DNA of 64,000 nt from Eukaryota sp. GEM-RC1 (taxonomy: Eukaryota). The stretch is from contig JAUFOQ010000006.1 in the NCBI GenBank assembly GCA_040285855.1, positions 434,001 to 498,000 of the forward strand. The letters are read 5' to 3'. Both the position numbers and the translations under genes were made by a program. Positions 9,088-22,600 of the stretch are shown one piece after another (within the stretch, counting starts at the first letter, position 1; every line of letters begins with the position of its first letter). The notes under the pieces are model-generated. The model was not told the origin of the DNA. It made no database searches and saw only the letters and a program-made list of their open reading frames with translations.

Positions 9088-11242
9088 GCATTCAAGCGTC
9101 CCTCGTCCCCACCTTTCCAAGGTATTGAAATATTCAAGAGGTTTTGCGTCAGACAGTGACGACGATGCTCACCACTCCCACAGACAGAAAAAACGTCGTG
9201 GTCGGAAATCCAGTGGTAAACACCACGCCCAGAGGTCCCAACCTACAACTCCCAGCACCCCTAATTCCAACATATGCAAATATTGTAAAGAACCAGGCCA
9301 CGCTGTAGAAATGTGTCCCAAGCCAGGATGTAAATCCTCCTCACTGTATACTGGTAATACAGACCCCCGCCGCAAGACACGCCGTTCAGGCAATCATGTA
9401 GGTAAACGTAGTAATAAATCTGATAACTATTTGTATTTTTTAGACACCTCTACATCCCCACAACCACTCAACAACCCTATCAGAGATTTAATCAATGATA
9501 CACCCAGGGTCATGAGTATAAACAGCAACCCCCACAATAATTTCATAAATTTGAATTTATTGGTTAACGATGTCCCAGTAACCGGAACCATCGATTCAGG
9601 CGCACAAATCTCAGTCATCACATCCGATTTAGCCGAATCATGCAACATGAAGATTTCACATGATACTTTATCATACATCACTGCAGATGGAAACCGTACA
9701 TCGTCCTTAGGCACAGCCAAAGGTGTTCTTGCGTTCACACTGAATAGCGCAGCTAACCTAGTGTTTGTAGATCACTCATTCCCAATTGTTACAGGTACCC
9801 AAACAATGCTCATCGGGATCGATTTATTAAACAAACTAGGGCTATTAACAGAGGACAGTCTAGTAATAAAACTGGATAAAGAACATAACATCATCATGAA
9901 AGATGAATCAGAATTCGATCACCTAATGAGCACTCCTCCATCAATGAAATCAATCAGAGACACCGATCATTCTACATCATTCAATCCAGTTGAATCAGGT
10001 TGCACAATCACTTTGGACAATCCTCTTCTAAATCAACAACTGTCATCCCTCTTAGAAGAGTTCAGGATCATATTCCAATCAGCACCACACCCCGATGGAA
10101 TTGATTGTCCACCAATGAGAATCCTCTTCCATGACGAATCAACTGTCGTTAAACGGAAACCTCGTTTCTTCAATCCTGAGAAACTAAAGATTGCCAATGG
10201 CATCTTTGATGAACTTATCGAACAAGGATTCGCCGTGTCTTCCCCCCAATCTAAGTTCTCAAGCCCTGTAGTACTCGTCACGTACCCTGATCATAGGAAA
10301 CCACGTCTGACTGGAGATTACAGCGGTACAGGTGGTGTTAATGATCTAACTGTTCCAATAGCATCTGACCTACCCAACATCGCTGATGTGATTACATTCT
10401 TGCCAGCAGCAAACTTCATTGCAACCCTCGATCTCCCAAAAGCCTTCTGGCAACTCAAAGTTGCTCCTCAAGATATGGACAAAACTGCTTTATCAATCCC
10501 TGGTAGAACAATCACATTCACTAGAGCTCCATTCGGCTTGAAAAATGTACCAGCAATTTTCCTAAACCTGATGACAGAGATCTTCGCAATGGACGGAGTC
10601 TTCATCTATCTAGATGATATCATAGTTATAGCTTCAGCGTTCGATGAATTTATAACTCGACTTCGAGCAGTTTTTAATAAAGCACAATCCGCCAGAGTAA
10701 CCCTCGGCATCCACAAGTGCAAGTTTGTAACTCACAAACACCCAATCAAGATATTAGGTAGTATCTTCCACAACAAAACCAGATTAATCGACGATGTCAG
10801 AATCAAAGCTGTTCTTGAAATTCCAACTCCCAAGACAGTGAAAGATGTCAGAAGCCTCGTAGGCTCCATCAACTACATCAGAGACTGGTTACCAGGAATA
10901 TCCAAGTTGATAGCCCCTATCATTGCCCTAACAAAAGGAAAACCAAAAGGCGTGAAATGGGAACCCCAACACCAACAAGCTTTCGACTCAATCAAAAGGT
11001 TGATAGTCAATCAAATCCCCCTCGACCTTCCTGGTCCCAATTGCATTATCCTCATTAGCGCAGACGCTTCTGATCTAGCAGTGGGAGGAGTCATTTGGAA
11101 TGAGACTACACCAAGTCCTCCAGATACTCCGCTGATAGAACGAAAGGTTCAACCTATAAGTTTCTACAGCAAAATACTGACCGAATCTCAGCTCAACTGG
11201 GCAACCATCCAGAAGAGCTTTATGCCATTCTCCCCATCCTAA
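9032..11242 (+). CDS. Family B pol: CCHC knuckle, aspartic protease, RT, start of RNase H
   Basis: CKYCKEPGHAVEMC, IDSGA, LDLPKAFWQ, PFGLKNVP, YLDD, ADASD. Frameshift near 11215. Confidence 0.95.
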   Translation: MIQESPPLPLTDSGIADIRHSSVPRPHLSKVLKYSRGFASDSDDDAHHSHRQKKRRGRKSSGKHHAQRSQPTTPSTPNSNICKYCKEPGHAVEMCPKPGCKSSSLYTGNTDPRRKTRRSGNHVGKRSNKSDNYLYFLDTSTSPQPLNNPIRDLINDTPRVMSINSNPHNNFINLNLLVNDVPVTGTIDSGAQISVITSDLAESCNMKISHDTLSYITADGNRTSSLGTAKGVLAFTLNSAANLVFVDHSFPIVTGTQTMLIGIDLLNKLGLLTEDSLVIKLDKEHNIIMKDESEFDHLMSTPPSMKSIRDTDHSTSFNPVESGCTITLDNPLLNQQLSSLLEEFRIIFQSAPHPDGIDCPPMRILFHDESTVVKRKPRFFNPEKLKIANGIFDELIEQGFAVSSPQSKFSSPVVLVTYPDHRKPRLTGDYSGTGGVNDLTVPIASDLPNIADVITFLPAANFIATLDLPKAFWQLKVAPQDMDKTALSIPGRTITFTRAPFGLKNVPAIFLNLMTEIFAMDGVFIYLDDIIVIASAFDEFITRLRAVFNKAQSARVTLGIHKCKFVTHKHPIKILGSIFHNKTRLIDDVRIKAVLEIPTPKTVKDVRSLVGSINYIRDWLPGISKLIAPIIALTKGKPKGVKWEPQHQQAFDSIKRLIVNQIPLDLPGPNCIILISADASDLAVGGVIWNETTPSPPDTPLIERKVQPISFYSKILTESQLNWATIQKSFMPFSPS

Positions 11243-11343
11243 CAGAATCGAGTCTGGCAAACTTCCTCAAGACTAGACACCTTACAATCTTCACAGATCA
11301 CAAGAACCTAGCATATCTTATCTCGTGTCCCGATAAGAACAGA

Positions 11344-13073
11344 ATGGTCAAAAGATGGCTATTCGTGCTATCAGAATACCAATTCGACATAGTACACACA
11401 TCCGGAGTAGACAACCATTGGGCAGACATGCTCTCACGGTTATGTCCTCACAACAGTTCCCCCTCGCATTCCGATGCTCAGCTCACTGATGATCCAGTAG
11501 CTACTCCAAGAATTGACCACACAAACATCCCATCAATTAACAGTCTCCGTGAAGTTGCACAAAGAGATCTCCCAATTTTCAGCAATTGGTTGAGCAGAAT
11601 CCGTTCCGAACAGCGTAAAGCAGTCGAATCAAACGAACCTCTCTTCATCAACACAACATTCAACGATAGAGTACAGTTATATCTAACTCCCAACAAGAAA
11701 ATCCTGATCCCATTGTCCCTCAGGAAATCCACCTTGCTAAACATCCATGGACTAGTTCAATCCGGTCACCCCAGTTTATCCACGTCTATCAAAACTCTGA
11801 ACGACAGCGACTACTGGTGGCCAAACATGAAAGATGATTTAACCAATCACATCAAGAACTGCCCTTCTTGCCAAAAGATCTCTCCAATCAAAAGAGATCA
11901 AATCCCTCACTCAGGTTCCCTTTGGGCTGATAAGCCCTTCTCCAAAATCAATGTTGACACTATTGGTCCATTATCCCCTGATGCTGACGGTAACCGTTTT
12001 ATTTTAGTATTCGTAGATTCTTTCACTAGATTCACAATACTAGTTCCAATAATCGATCTGAACGCCAAAGAAGCTGCTTATGCACTCGTGTTCAACGTTT
12101 GTGGTATATTTGGTATCCCCTACTCCATCCACAGCGATAACGGTCCTGAATTTGCTAACGCAACATTCAACGCAGTATGTCAACTGCTGGCAATTGAAAA
12201 CTCAACGTCCATTCCGCACTTTTCTCAATCAAACGGGCTAGTCGAGAGACGTCATCGTGATGTCTTAAGAAATCTTCAACGTTTCCTAATCGACTTCGGT
12301 ACATTCGACAACTGGGCTGAATACATTCCCTTCGTCCAACTCCAGCTTAACGCTACCAAGAACCGTTACACCGAACACACTCCCTATGAACTCATGTTTG
12401 GGTCCTCTTTTGGTCCTAAAGCAGATCCCAGTCTCATAATCAAAGCTCTAGAAGCATCCAATTTAAGCATCCCTTTTATTGAAGACCTTCAAAGAAAAAA
12501 CGAGAGAATAAAGGAAAAGCAGGAATCAGTAAGTAGCAATCAATCGTCAAAGAGACCCCCTAAGTCCAATAAATCAAATCCGTTTGGAATTGGCGATCTG
12601 ATCCTCAGATCCTCTAAGACTGCTACAAAGCTTCATGGCAAACACTCTGGCCCATTCCTGGTCATCGAGATCCCTTCACCATCATCCTTGAAAATCAAGA
12701 ACCTCGTATCTGGCGTTGAGTCCCAAGCCAGTGTACATCAATGTAAGCTGTACAACTCCGACCTTCCATCTAACCATGGTATACACCAACAAGTTGCAGC
12801 TGGTGATAAGGAAGAACATGTCATCATCCAAGTGTTGGATCAGTTCCACTCACATGAAGGACCTATGTGTTCTGTTCTGTGGTATGGCGGTGATATCACA
12901 ACAGTTGCTTCTTCTAGCATCAAAAACACTAAAGCCTATGTCGAGTTCATGAAAATAATAATAATCCTCCCTCGAGTCCCAGAAAGAGAACCTCATCCAA
13001 AGCTAAACCCAATAAAACACCTATAGCAAAGAGAACTCGCAGAAGCGTTGGCTCGAAGAAGGAGAAGAAGTAG
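11344..13073 (+). CDS. Family B RNase H end and integrase with degenerate chromodomain
   Basis: HGLVQSGHP..CPSCQ, VDTIG, SDNG, VERRHR, GPF. A frameshift near 12955 relative to the 17847-19577 copy. Confidence 0.93.
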
Positions 13074-13157
13074 TGTAAGTATATAATAGCTAATAGCAAT
13101 CATAAACTATCTTAAATTCACTCCATACTTTCGTATGTCTTCTAACACAAAGCATCA
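13074..13157 (+). repeat. 3' LTR of family B
   Basis: Follows the PPT GAAGAAGGAGAAGAAG and the TAG stop; followed by TSD ATTA. Confidence 0.95.
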
Positions 13158-13290
13158 ATTAAACAGTTGATCTCCTTGTTCTATAGCTTTAGATTGTTCT
13201 GACCTAATGGTGGATAACCAAGAGTCAAATAAAGGAAGTTTATTGTCTGTTGAGAGATTACGAAGACATTTGATAGCTAATACGTTGGAG

Positions 13291-16200
13291 TCACGTGGAA
13301 GCATAGTCTGCATCATCATAAAGTAAGCCTTCATGAGAAAGGGTTAAATCACTTTTGATGGAAAGATTTGAGATCGTTAAAGATTTGATTGTTTCAACTG
13401 GGCGTCGGTCAATAACACGTGACAACATGTCAGCCCATTGATTGTTTGTACCAGCTACATGTACTATCTCAAAATCGAACTCTGAGAAAATTGGAATCCA
13501 TCGTTTGACAATACGATTCTTTTCTGGAGCAGATATTAGATAGGCAAGGTTCCTATGATCAGTAAAGATCGTCAAGTGCCTACTTAACAGAAAACCTTCT
13601 AAACTAGATTCGGTCAGAATCAAAAGAATGGCATACAGATCTTTCTGGATAGCTGCCCAATTCTGTTGACTATCATTGAGTAAACGGCTATAAAAAGATA
13701 CAGGTCTAACTCTACGTTCTTCTAACGGAGTTCCTGGAGGAGCTGGAAGATTTTCTTCCTGCCAGATCACACCACCAACAGCAATGTCGGATGCATCTGT
13801 GGATATGATAATGTTCTTATCAGTATCAGGTAAGTCTAAAGCCATATGGTTTATAATCTCAGACTTTAGTTGAGTTAATAGAGCATCATGGTCTTTTGTC
13901 CAAACAATTTTTTTGGGTTTACCACGAGTCAGTTTATTGATTGATGCAGTCAAGTTCGAATAATTCGGAATCCATTCACGAACATAATTCAAAGCACCAA
14001 GTAAACTTCTAACTTCAGGTAAGGTTGAAGGAGCAGGTAACTCAATCAACGCCGAAACTCTTTTATCATCTATGCAACGGGTTTTATTACAAAAGTTGCT
14101 GCCCAGAATCTTATTAGGATGTCTAGAAGTGGTGAACCTACACTTCTTCAATCCAATCCGTACTCTAAAACGTTCTGCTCGTTCCAGTACTAGATTTATT
14201 CTTGAAATAAACTCTTCAAAGGTATTGCCTACAACAATTATATCATAAATATAAATGAAAACACCTTCGACATTGAAAATTTCCATCATGATGTTTTGAA
14301 AAATTGCTGGTACGTTTTTCAATCCAAAACATGCTCGTTTAAAGCTAATAGACATTCCAGGTATAGACACACTGGTCTTCTCGACATCTTCTTCAGATAC
14401 ATTTAGCTGCCAGAATGCTTTAGGAAGGTCAAGTGTTCCAATGAAATTAGCTTTCGAAAGAAACTCTAGAACATCACAGATCCGTGGTAAATTTGGTTTC
14501 ACCGGTCTGGTATTAGCATTAATTCCATCAAGTCCACTGAAATCTCCAGTTAAACGAGGCTTACGATGATCATTATAAACCACCAAGACTATGGGACTGC
14601 TGAACTCACCAGTTGATGGTACGGCCCATCCTTGTCGTATAAGTTCATTAAAAGTTTCTTCGGCTATACGCTGTTTTTCAGGGTTAAGCCTTCTAGGAGG
14701 ACGAAATACAGTGACACTTTCATCATAGAATGGAATTGTCATGGGTGGACAATCAATACCATCAGGATGTATATCTTCTGAAAAGACTTGTTTGTATTTA
14801 CTGAGTAGGCTCAGAAGCTCCGTTCTTCTTGTAGAATCATCCAATTCTATCGTACAACCAGAGTTGTCAATGGTTTCTTCAAACAGATTTATATCTAATT
14901 GAGTGTTACCGTACTGATCAATAGTAAAATGTGTTGAATTTGGTTTTATTGAACATTTTGATTGAACTCTATTAATCGAAATTGATGGAGACCTCATTCT
15001 CTCATCAAATTCACTCTCTGCATTGAGAATAGTGCTATGTTCTTTATCTAATCTAATGACTAGACCATCATCCGAAAGCAACCCCAGTTCTTCTTGCAAG
15101 TCTCTACCAATGAGGAGAATTTTTGTTCCTGGAACTACTGGTAGAGTATGCTTAACATGAATCTGGTTGGCCAAGCTGCCAACGTTGAACGTCAGAACAC
15201 CTATTGCACTACCTAAGGAAGTAGCACGAATATTATTCGCTGAGATGTATTCAATACAACTATCAGTAGTTGTCATCTCACAGTAGCGTATCAAATCTTG
15301 AGAAATGACTGAACATGATGCTGCTGAGTCAAATTCTCCTACTACTGGTACATTGTTGATTAACAATCGAATACATAAAGGACCCTTACCTTTAGAATCG
15401 AACCCTAGGTTTTGGTTGAGACTACGAATTGTTTCAACAGATGATGTACTTCTACCCTTGCTTGAATGTGTGTTCAAAGCAGCCAATGGGTTCATGTACT
15501 TATGAGGTGTAGTGTGATTATCTCTAGATGTGTTATTTATTGCAAGTCTGAAAATATAGTTATTCTGTTGTTTATTGGAACTAAAACGACGACTAAAAGA
15601 TTGACTACGACTGTCACCTGATCTACGTTTGTTGGACTTCTTATCACTGTCAGATTGAGGTTTTGATCTACAATCAGTGGAGTAATGGCCCATTTTTCCA
15701 CAGTTAAAACATTTAACCGTAGACTTAACATCTCCAGGTGTACCATGAGATTGAGAATGGGGCTTGTTTGCGGTATTTGGTCGATTTCTTCGATTTCTAG
15801 AAGGAAAACGACTGGAAGGAGTGGATAAGGACTTCACAGCTGTGGAACGCTTGTAGGTAGTCCAGATCGATCTAACTTCTTGGAAGAATTGAGGTAGCTT
15901 ATCATCCTCAGTTTTGAGACGATGATCCCATCTAAGAACAAGTTCATTCAAAGCAATAATTCCTTTGTCAGGATTCAGTGTTTCTAACATCAACTCGGCT
16001 ACTGTGGAAGCAGGGACCTTTGTTCGGACAGTTTCATCACTCGACGTAGCTATTATCGCCATGGAACATTTGGGAACGCTAATTACGCCACGTAGGTGTC
16101 GGTCAAAGCACTCAGCAGGGTCTTTGGAGCTACCCAATCTTATTTCTTTAATTGCATCAATGGCTGTTGTAGTTGATGAGTATTGACTCTTGTTAATCAA

Positions 16201-16329
16201 TAAACGCCAGATGTTTTGTTCAAGTACCTGACTACTGTTGTTAGTACCAATCAAATCTAACATTTTCCAATCATTCAAAGTTGTTTGATCTATGAAATGA
16301 CTAATGCCAGCTGGATCAATTTCACACAA
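13291..16329 (-). CDS. Family A gag-pol, duplicated partial copy (gag C-term, CCHC, protease, RT, RNase H)
   Basis: CFNCGKMGHYSTDC, FDSAAS, LDLPKAFWQ, YIYD (YIDD in the other copy), TDASD, FTDHRNL. Confidence 0.92.
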   Translation of the reverse strand: MCEIDPAGISHFIDQTTLNDWKMLDLIGTNNSSQVLEQNIWRLLINKSQYSSTTTAIDAIKEIRLGSSKDPAECFDRHLRGVISVPKCSMAIIATSSDETVRTKVPASTVAELMLETLNPDKGIIALNELVLRWDHRLKTEDDKLPQFFQEVRSIWTTYKRSTAVKSLSTPSSRFPSRNRRNRPNTANKPHSQSHGTPGDVKSTVKCFNCGKMGHYSTDCRSKPQSDSDKKSNKRRSGDSRSQSFSRRFSSNKQQNNYIFRLAINNTSRDNHTTPHKYMNPLAALNTHSSKGRSTSSVETIRSLNQNLGFDSKGKGPLCIRLLINNVPVVGEFDSAASCSVISQDLIRYCEMTTTDSCIEYISANNIRATSLGSAIGVLTFNVGSLANQIHVKHTLPVVPGTKILLIGRDLQEELGLLSDDGLVIRLDKEHSTILNAESEFDERMRSPSISINRVQSKCSIKPNSTHFTIDQYGNTQLDINLFEETIDNSGCTIELDDSTRRTELLSLLSKYKQVFSEDIHPDGIDCPPMTIPFYDESVTVFRPPRRLNPEKQRIAEETFNELIRQGWAVPSTGEFSSPIVLVVYNDHRKPRLTGDFSGLDGINANTRPVKPNLPRICDVLEFLSKANFIGTLDLPKAFWQLNVSEEDVEKTSVSIPGMSISFKRACFGLKNVPAIFQNIMMEIFNVEGVFIYIYDIIVVGNTFEEFISRINLVLERAERFRVRIGLKKCRFTTSRHPNKILGSNFCNKTRCIDDKRVSALIELPAPSTLPEVRSLLGALNYVREWIPNYSNLTASINKLTRGKPKKIVWTKDHDALLTQLKSEIINHMALDLPDTDKNIIISTDASDIAVGGVIWQEENLPAPPGTPLEERRVRPVSFYSRLLNDSQQNWAAIQKDLYAILLILTESSLEGFLLSRHLTIFTDHRNLAYLISAPEKNRIVKRWIPIFSEFDFEIVHVAGTNNQWADMLSRVIDRRPVETIKSLTISNLSIKSDLTLSHEGLLYDDADYAST

Positions 16330-16345
16330 TGCTGTCCTAGCATAA

Positions 16346-19300
16346 TATTAACAGAGGACAGTCTAGTAATAAAACTGGATAAAGAACATAACATCATCAT
16401 GAAAGATGAATCAGAATTCGATCACCTAATGAGCACTCCTCCATCAATGAAATCAATCAGAGACACCGATCATTCTACATCATTCAATCCAGTTGAATCA
16501 GGTTGCACAATCACTTTGGACAATCCTCTTCTAAATCAACAACTGTCATCCCTCTTAGAAGAGTTCAGGATCATATTCCAATCAGCACCACACCCTGATG
16601 GAATTGATTGTCCACCAATGAGAATCCCCTTCCATGACGAATCAACTGTCGTTAAACGGAAACCTCGTTTCTTCAATCCTGAGAAACTAAAGATTGCCAA
16701 TGGCATCTTTGATGAACTTATCGAACAAGGATTCGCCGTGTCTTCCCCCCAATCTAAGTTCTCAAGCCCTTTAGTACTCGTCACGTACCCTGATCATAGG
16801 AAACCACGTCTGACTGGAGATTACAGCGGTACAGGTGGTGTTAATGATCTAACTGTTCCAATAGCATCTGACCTACCCAACATCGCTGATGTGATTACAT
16901 TCTTGCCAGCAGCAAACTTCATTGCAACCCTCGATCTCCCAAAAGCCTTCTGGCAACTCAAAGTTGCTCCTCAAGATATGGACAAAACTGCTTTATCAAT
17001 CCCTGGTAGAACAATCACATTCACTAGAGCTCCATTCGGCTTGAAAAATGTACCAGCAATTTTCCTAAACCTGATGACAGAGATCTTCGCAATGGACGGA
17101 GTCTTCATCTATCTAGATGATATCATAGTTATAGCTTCAGCGTTCGATGAATTTATAACTCGACTTCGAGCAGTTTTTAATAAAGCACAATCCGCCAGAG
17201 TAACCCTCGGCATCCACAAGTGCAAGTTTGTAACTCACAAACACCCAATCAAGATATTAGGTAGTATCTTCCACAACAAAACCAGATTAATCGACGATGT
17301 CAGAATCAAAGCTGTTCTTGAAATTCCAACTCCCAAGACAGTGAAAGATGTCAGAAGCCTCGTAGGCTCCATCAACTACATCAGAGACTGGTTACCAGGA
17401 ATATCCAAGTTGATAGCCCCTATCATTGCCCTAACAAAAGGAAAACCAAAAGGCGTGAAATGGGAACCCCAACACCAACAAGCTTTCGACTCAATCAAAA
17501 GGTTGATAGTCAATCAAATCCCCCTCGACCTTCCTGGTCCCAATTGCATTATCCTCATTAGCGCAGACGCTTCTGATCTAGCAGTGGGAGGAGTCATTTG
17601 GAATGAGACTACACCAAGTCCTCCAGGTACTCCGCTGATAGAACGAAAGGTTCAACCTATAAGTTTCTACAGCAAAATACTGACCGAATCTCAGCTCAAC
17701 TGGGCAACCATCCAGAAGAGCTTTATGCCATTCTCCCCATCCTAACAGAATCGAGTCTGGCAAACTTCCTCAAGACTAGACACCTTACAATCTTCACAGA
17801 TCACAAGAACCTAGCATATCTTATCTCGTGTCCCGATAAGAACAGAATGGTCAAAAGATGGCTATTCGTGCTATCAGAATACCAATTCGACATAGTACAC
17901 ACATCCGGAGTAGACAACCATTGGGCAGACATGCTCTCACGGTTATGTCCTCACAACAGTTCCCCCTCGCATTCCGATGCTCAGCTCACTGATGATCCAG
18001 TAGCTACTCCAAGAATTGACCACACAAACATCCCATCAATTAACAGTCTCCGTGAAGTTGCACAAAGAGATCTCCCAATTTTCAGCAATTGGTTGAGCAG
18101 AATCCGTTCCGAACAGCGTAAAGCAGTCGAATCAAACGAACCTCTCTTCATCAACACAACATTCAACGATAGAGTACAGTTATATCTAACTCCCAACAAG
18201 AAAATCCTGATCCCATTGTCCCTCAGGAAATCCACCTTGCTAAACATCCATGGACTAGTTCAATCCGGTCACCCCAGTTTATCCACGTCTATCAAAACTC
18301 TGAACGACAGCGACTACTGGTGGCCAAACATGAAAGATGATTTAACCAATCACATCAAGAACTGCCCTTCTTGCCAAAAGATCTCTCCAATCAAAAGAGA
18401 TCAAATCCCTCACTCAGGTTCCCTTTGGGCTGATAAGCCCTTCTCCAAAATCAATGTTGACACTATTGGTCCATTATCCCCTGATGCTGACGGTAACCGT
18501 TTTATTTTAGTATTCGTAGATTCTTTCACTAGATTCACAATACTAGTTCCAATAATCGATCTGAACGCCAAAGAAGCTGCTTATGCACTCGTGTTCAACG
18601 TTTGTGGTATATTTGGTATCCCCTACTCCATCCACAGCGATAACGGTCCTGAATTTGCTAACGCAACATTCAACGCAGTATGTCAACTGCTGGCAATTGA
18701 AAACTCAACGTCCATTCCGCACTTTTCTCAATCAAACGGGCTAGTCGAGAGACGTCATCGTGATGTCTTAAGAAATCTTCAACGTTTCCTAATCGACTTC
18801 GGTACATTCGACAACTGGGCTGAATACATTCCCTTCGTCCAACTCCAGCTTAACGCTACCAAGAACCGTTACACCGAACACACTCCCTATGAACTCATGT
18901 TTGGGTCCTCTTTTGGTCCTAAAGCAGATCCCAGTCTCATAATCAAAGCTCTAGAAGCATCCAATTTAAGCATCCCTTTTATTGAAGACCTTCAAAGAAA
19001 AAACGAGAGAATAAAGGAAAAGCAGGAATCAGTAAGTAGCAATCAATCGTCAAAGAGACCCCCTAAGTCCAATAAATCAAATCCGTTTGTAATTGGCGAT
19101 CTGATCCTCAGATCCTCTAAGACTGCTACAAAGCTTCATGGCAAACACTCTGGTCCATTCCTGGTCATCGAGATCCCTTCACCATCATCCTTGAAAATCA
19201 AGAACCTTGTATCTGGCGTTGAGTCCCAAGCCAGTGTACATCAATGTAAGCTGTACAACTCCGACCTTCCATCTAACCATGGTATACACCAACAAGTTGC

Positions 19301-19577
19301 AGCTGGTGATAAGGAAGAACATGTCATCATCCAAGTGTTGGATCAGTTCCACTCACATGAAGGACCTATGTGTTCTGTTCTGTGGTATGGCGGTGATATC
19401 ACAACAGTTGCTTCTTCTAGCATCAAAAACACTAAAGCCTATGTCGAGTTCATGAAAAATAATAATAATCCTCCCTCGAGTCCCAGAAAGAGAACCTCAT
19501 CCAAAGCTAAACCCAATAAAACACCTATAGCAAAGAGAACTCGCAGAAGCGTTGGCTCGAAGAAGGAGAAGAAGTAG
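16346..19577 (+). CDS. Family B pol (RT, RNase H, integrase), duplicated 5'-truncated copy
   Basis: ORFs 16285-17745 and 17847-19577 are nearly identical to 9032-13073. Confidence 0.92.
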
Positions 19578-19661
19578 TGTAAGTATATAATAGCTAATAG
19601 CAATCATAAACTATCTTAAATTCACTCCATACTTTCGTATGTCTTCTAAGACAAAGCATCA
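19578..19661 (+). repeat. Duplicated 3' LTR of family B
   Basis: Same 84-bp LTR followed by ATTA. Confidence 0.95.
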
Positions 19662-22600
19662 ATTAAACAGTTGATCTCCTTGTTCTATCGCTTTAGATTG
19701 TTCTGACCTAATGGTGGATAACCAAGAGTCAAATAAAGGAAGTTTATTGTGTGTTGAGAGATTACGAAGACATTTGATAGCTAATACGTTGGAGTCACGT
19801 GGAAGCATCTCAACATAGTCTGCATCATCATAAAGTAAGCCTTCATGAGAAAGGGTTAAATCACTTTTGATGGAAAGATTTGAGATCGTTAAAGATTTGA
19901 TTGTTTCAACTGGGCGTCGGTCAATAACACGTGACAACATGTCAGCCCATTGATTGTTTGTACCAGCTACATGTACTATCTCAAAATCGAACTCTGAGAA
20001 AATTGGAATCCATCGTTTGACAATACGATTCTTTTCTGGAGCAGATATTAGATAGGCAAGGTTCCTATGATCAGTAAAGATCGTCAAGTGCCTACTTAAC
20101 AGAAAACCTTCTAAACTAGATTCGGTCAGAATCAAAAGAATGGCATACAGATCTTTCTGGATAGCTGCCCAATTCTGTTGACTATCATTGAGTAAACGGC
20201 TATAAAAAGATACAGGTCTAACTCTACGTTCTTCTAACGGAGTTCCTGGAGGAGCTGGAGGATTTTCTTCCTGCCAGATCACACCACCAACAGCAATGTC
20301 GGATGCATCTGTGGATATGATAATGTTCTTATCAGTATCAGGTAAGTCTAAAGCCATATGGTTTATAATCTCAGACTTTAGTTGAGTTAATAGAGCATCA
20401 TGGTCTTTTGTCCAAACAATTTTTTGGGTTTACCACGAGTCAGTTTATTGATTGATGCAGTCAAGTTCGAATAATTCGGAATCCATTCACGAACATAATT
20501 CAAAGCACCAAGTAAACTTCTAACTTCAGGTAAGGTTGAAGGAGCAGGTAACTCAATCAACGCCGAAACTCTTTTATCATCTATGCAACGGGTTTTATTA
20601 CAAAAGTTGCTGCCCAGAATCTTATTAGGATGTCTAGAAGTGGTGAACCTACACTTCTTCAATCCAATCCGTACTCTAAAACGTTCTGCTCGTTCCAGTA
20701 CTAGATTTATTCTTGAAATAAACTCTTCAAAGGTATTGCCTACAACAATTATATCATCAATATAAATGAAAACACCTTCGACATTGAAAATTTCCATCAT
20801 GATTTGAAAAATTGCTGGTACGTTTTTCAATCCAAAACATGCTCGTTTAAAGCTAATAGACATTCCAGGTATAGACACACTGGTCTTCTCGACATCTTCT
20901 TCAGCTACATTTAGCTGCCAGAATGCTTTAGGAAGGTCAAGTGTTCCAATGAAATTAGCTTTCGAAAGAAACTCTAGAACATCACAGATCCGTGGTAAAT
21001 TTGGTTTCACCGGTCTGGTATTAGCATTAATCCCATCAAGTCCACTGAAATCTCCAGTTAAACGAGGCTTACGATGATCATTATAAACCACCAAGACTAT
21101 GGGACTGCTGAACTCACCAGTTGATGGTACGGCCCATCCTTGTCGTATAAGTTCATTAAAAGTTTCTTCGGCTATACGCTGTTTTTCAGGGTTAAGCCTT
21201 CTAGGAGGACGAAATACAGTGACACTTTCATCATAGAATGGAATTGTCATGGGTGGACAATCAATACCATCAGGATGTATATCTTCTGAAAAGACTTGTT
21301 TGTATTTACTGAGTAGGCTCAGAAGCTCCGTTCTTCTTGTAGAATCATCCAATTCTATCGTACAACCAGAGTTGTCAATGGTTTCTTCAAACAGATTTAT
21401 ATCTAATTGAGTGTTACCGTACTGATCAATAGTAAAATGTGTTGAATTTGGTTTTATTGAACATTTTGATTGAACTCTATTAATCGAAATTGATGGAGAC
21501 CTCATTCTCTCATCAAATTCACTCTCTGCATTGAGAATAGTGCTATGTTCTTTATCTAATCTAATGACTAGACCATCATCCGAAAGCAACCCCAGTTCTT
21601 CTTGCAAGTCTCTACCAATGAGGAGAATTTTTGTTCCTGGAACTACTGGTAGAGTATGCTTAACATGAATCTGGTTGGCCAAGCTGCCAACGTTGAACGT
21701 CAGAACACCTATTGCACTACCTAAGGAAGTAGCACGAATATTATTCGCTGAGATGTATTCAATACAACTATCAGTAGTTGTCATCTCACAGTAGCGTATC
21801 AAATCTTGAGAAATGACTGAACATGATGCTGCTGAGTCAAATTCTCCTACTACTGGTACATTGTTGATTAACAATCGAATACATAAAGGACCCTTACCTT
21901 TAGAATCGAACCCTAGGTTTTGGTTGAGACTACGAATTGTTTCAACAGATGATGTACTTCTACCCTTGCTTGAATGTGTGTTCAAAGCAGCCAATGGGTT
22001 CATGTACTTATGAGGTGTAGTGTGATTATCTCTAGATGTGTTATTTATTGCAAGTCTGAAAATATAGTTATTCTGTTGTTTATTGGAACTAAAACGACGA
22101 CTAAAAGATTGACTACGACTGTCACCTGATCTACGTTTGTTGGACTTCTTATCACTGTCAGATTGAGGTTTTGATCTACAATCAGTGGAGTAATGGCCCA
22201 TTTTTCCACAGTTAAAACATTTAACCGTAGACTTAACATCTCCAGGTGTACCATGAGATTGAGAATGGGGCTTGTTTGCGGTATTTGGTCGATTTCTTCG
22301 ATTTCTAGAAGGAAAACGACTGGAAGGAGTGGATAAGGACTTCACAGCTGTGGAACGCTTGTAGGTAGTCCAGATCGATCTAACTTCTTGGAAGAATTGA
22401 GGTAGCTTATCATCCTCAGTTTTGAGACGATGATCCCATCTAAGAACAAGTTCATTCAAAGCAATAATTCCTTTGTCAGGATTCAGTGTTTCTAACATCA
22501 ACTCGGCTACTGTGGAAGCAGGGACCTTTGTTCGGACAGTTTCATCACTCGACGTAGCTATTATCGCCATGGAACATTTGGGAACGCTAATTACGCCACG

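Larger units (their letters stand above)
6996..13157 (+). mobile_element. Ty3/Gypsy LTR retrotransposon family B, nested in the pol gene of family A
   Basis: 84-bp LTRs at 6996-7079 and 13074-13157 (one mismatch). TSD ATTA at 6992-6995 and 13158-13161. The family A reading frame rejoins across the insertion (..GDQLFN|GSILCTMSN..). Confidence 0.95.
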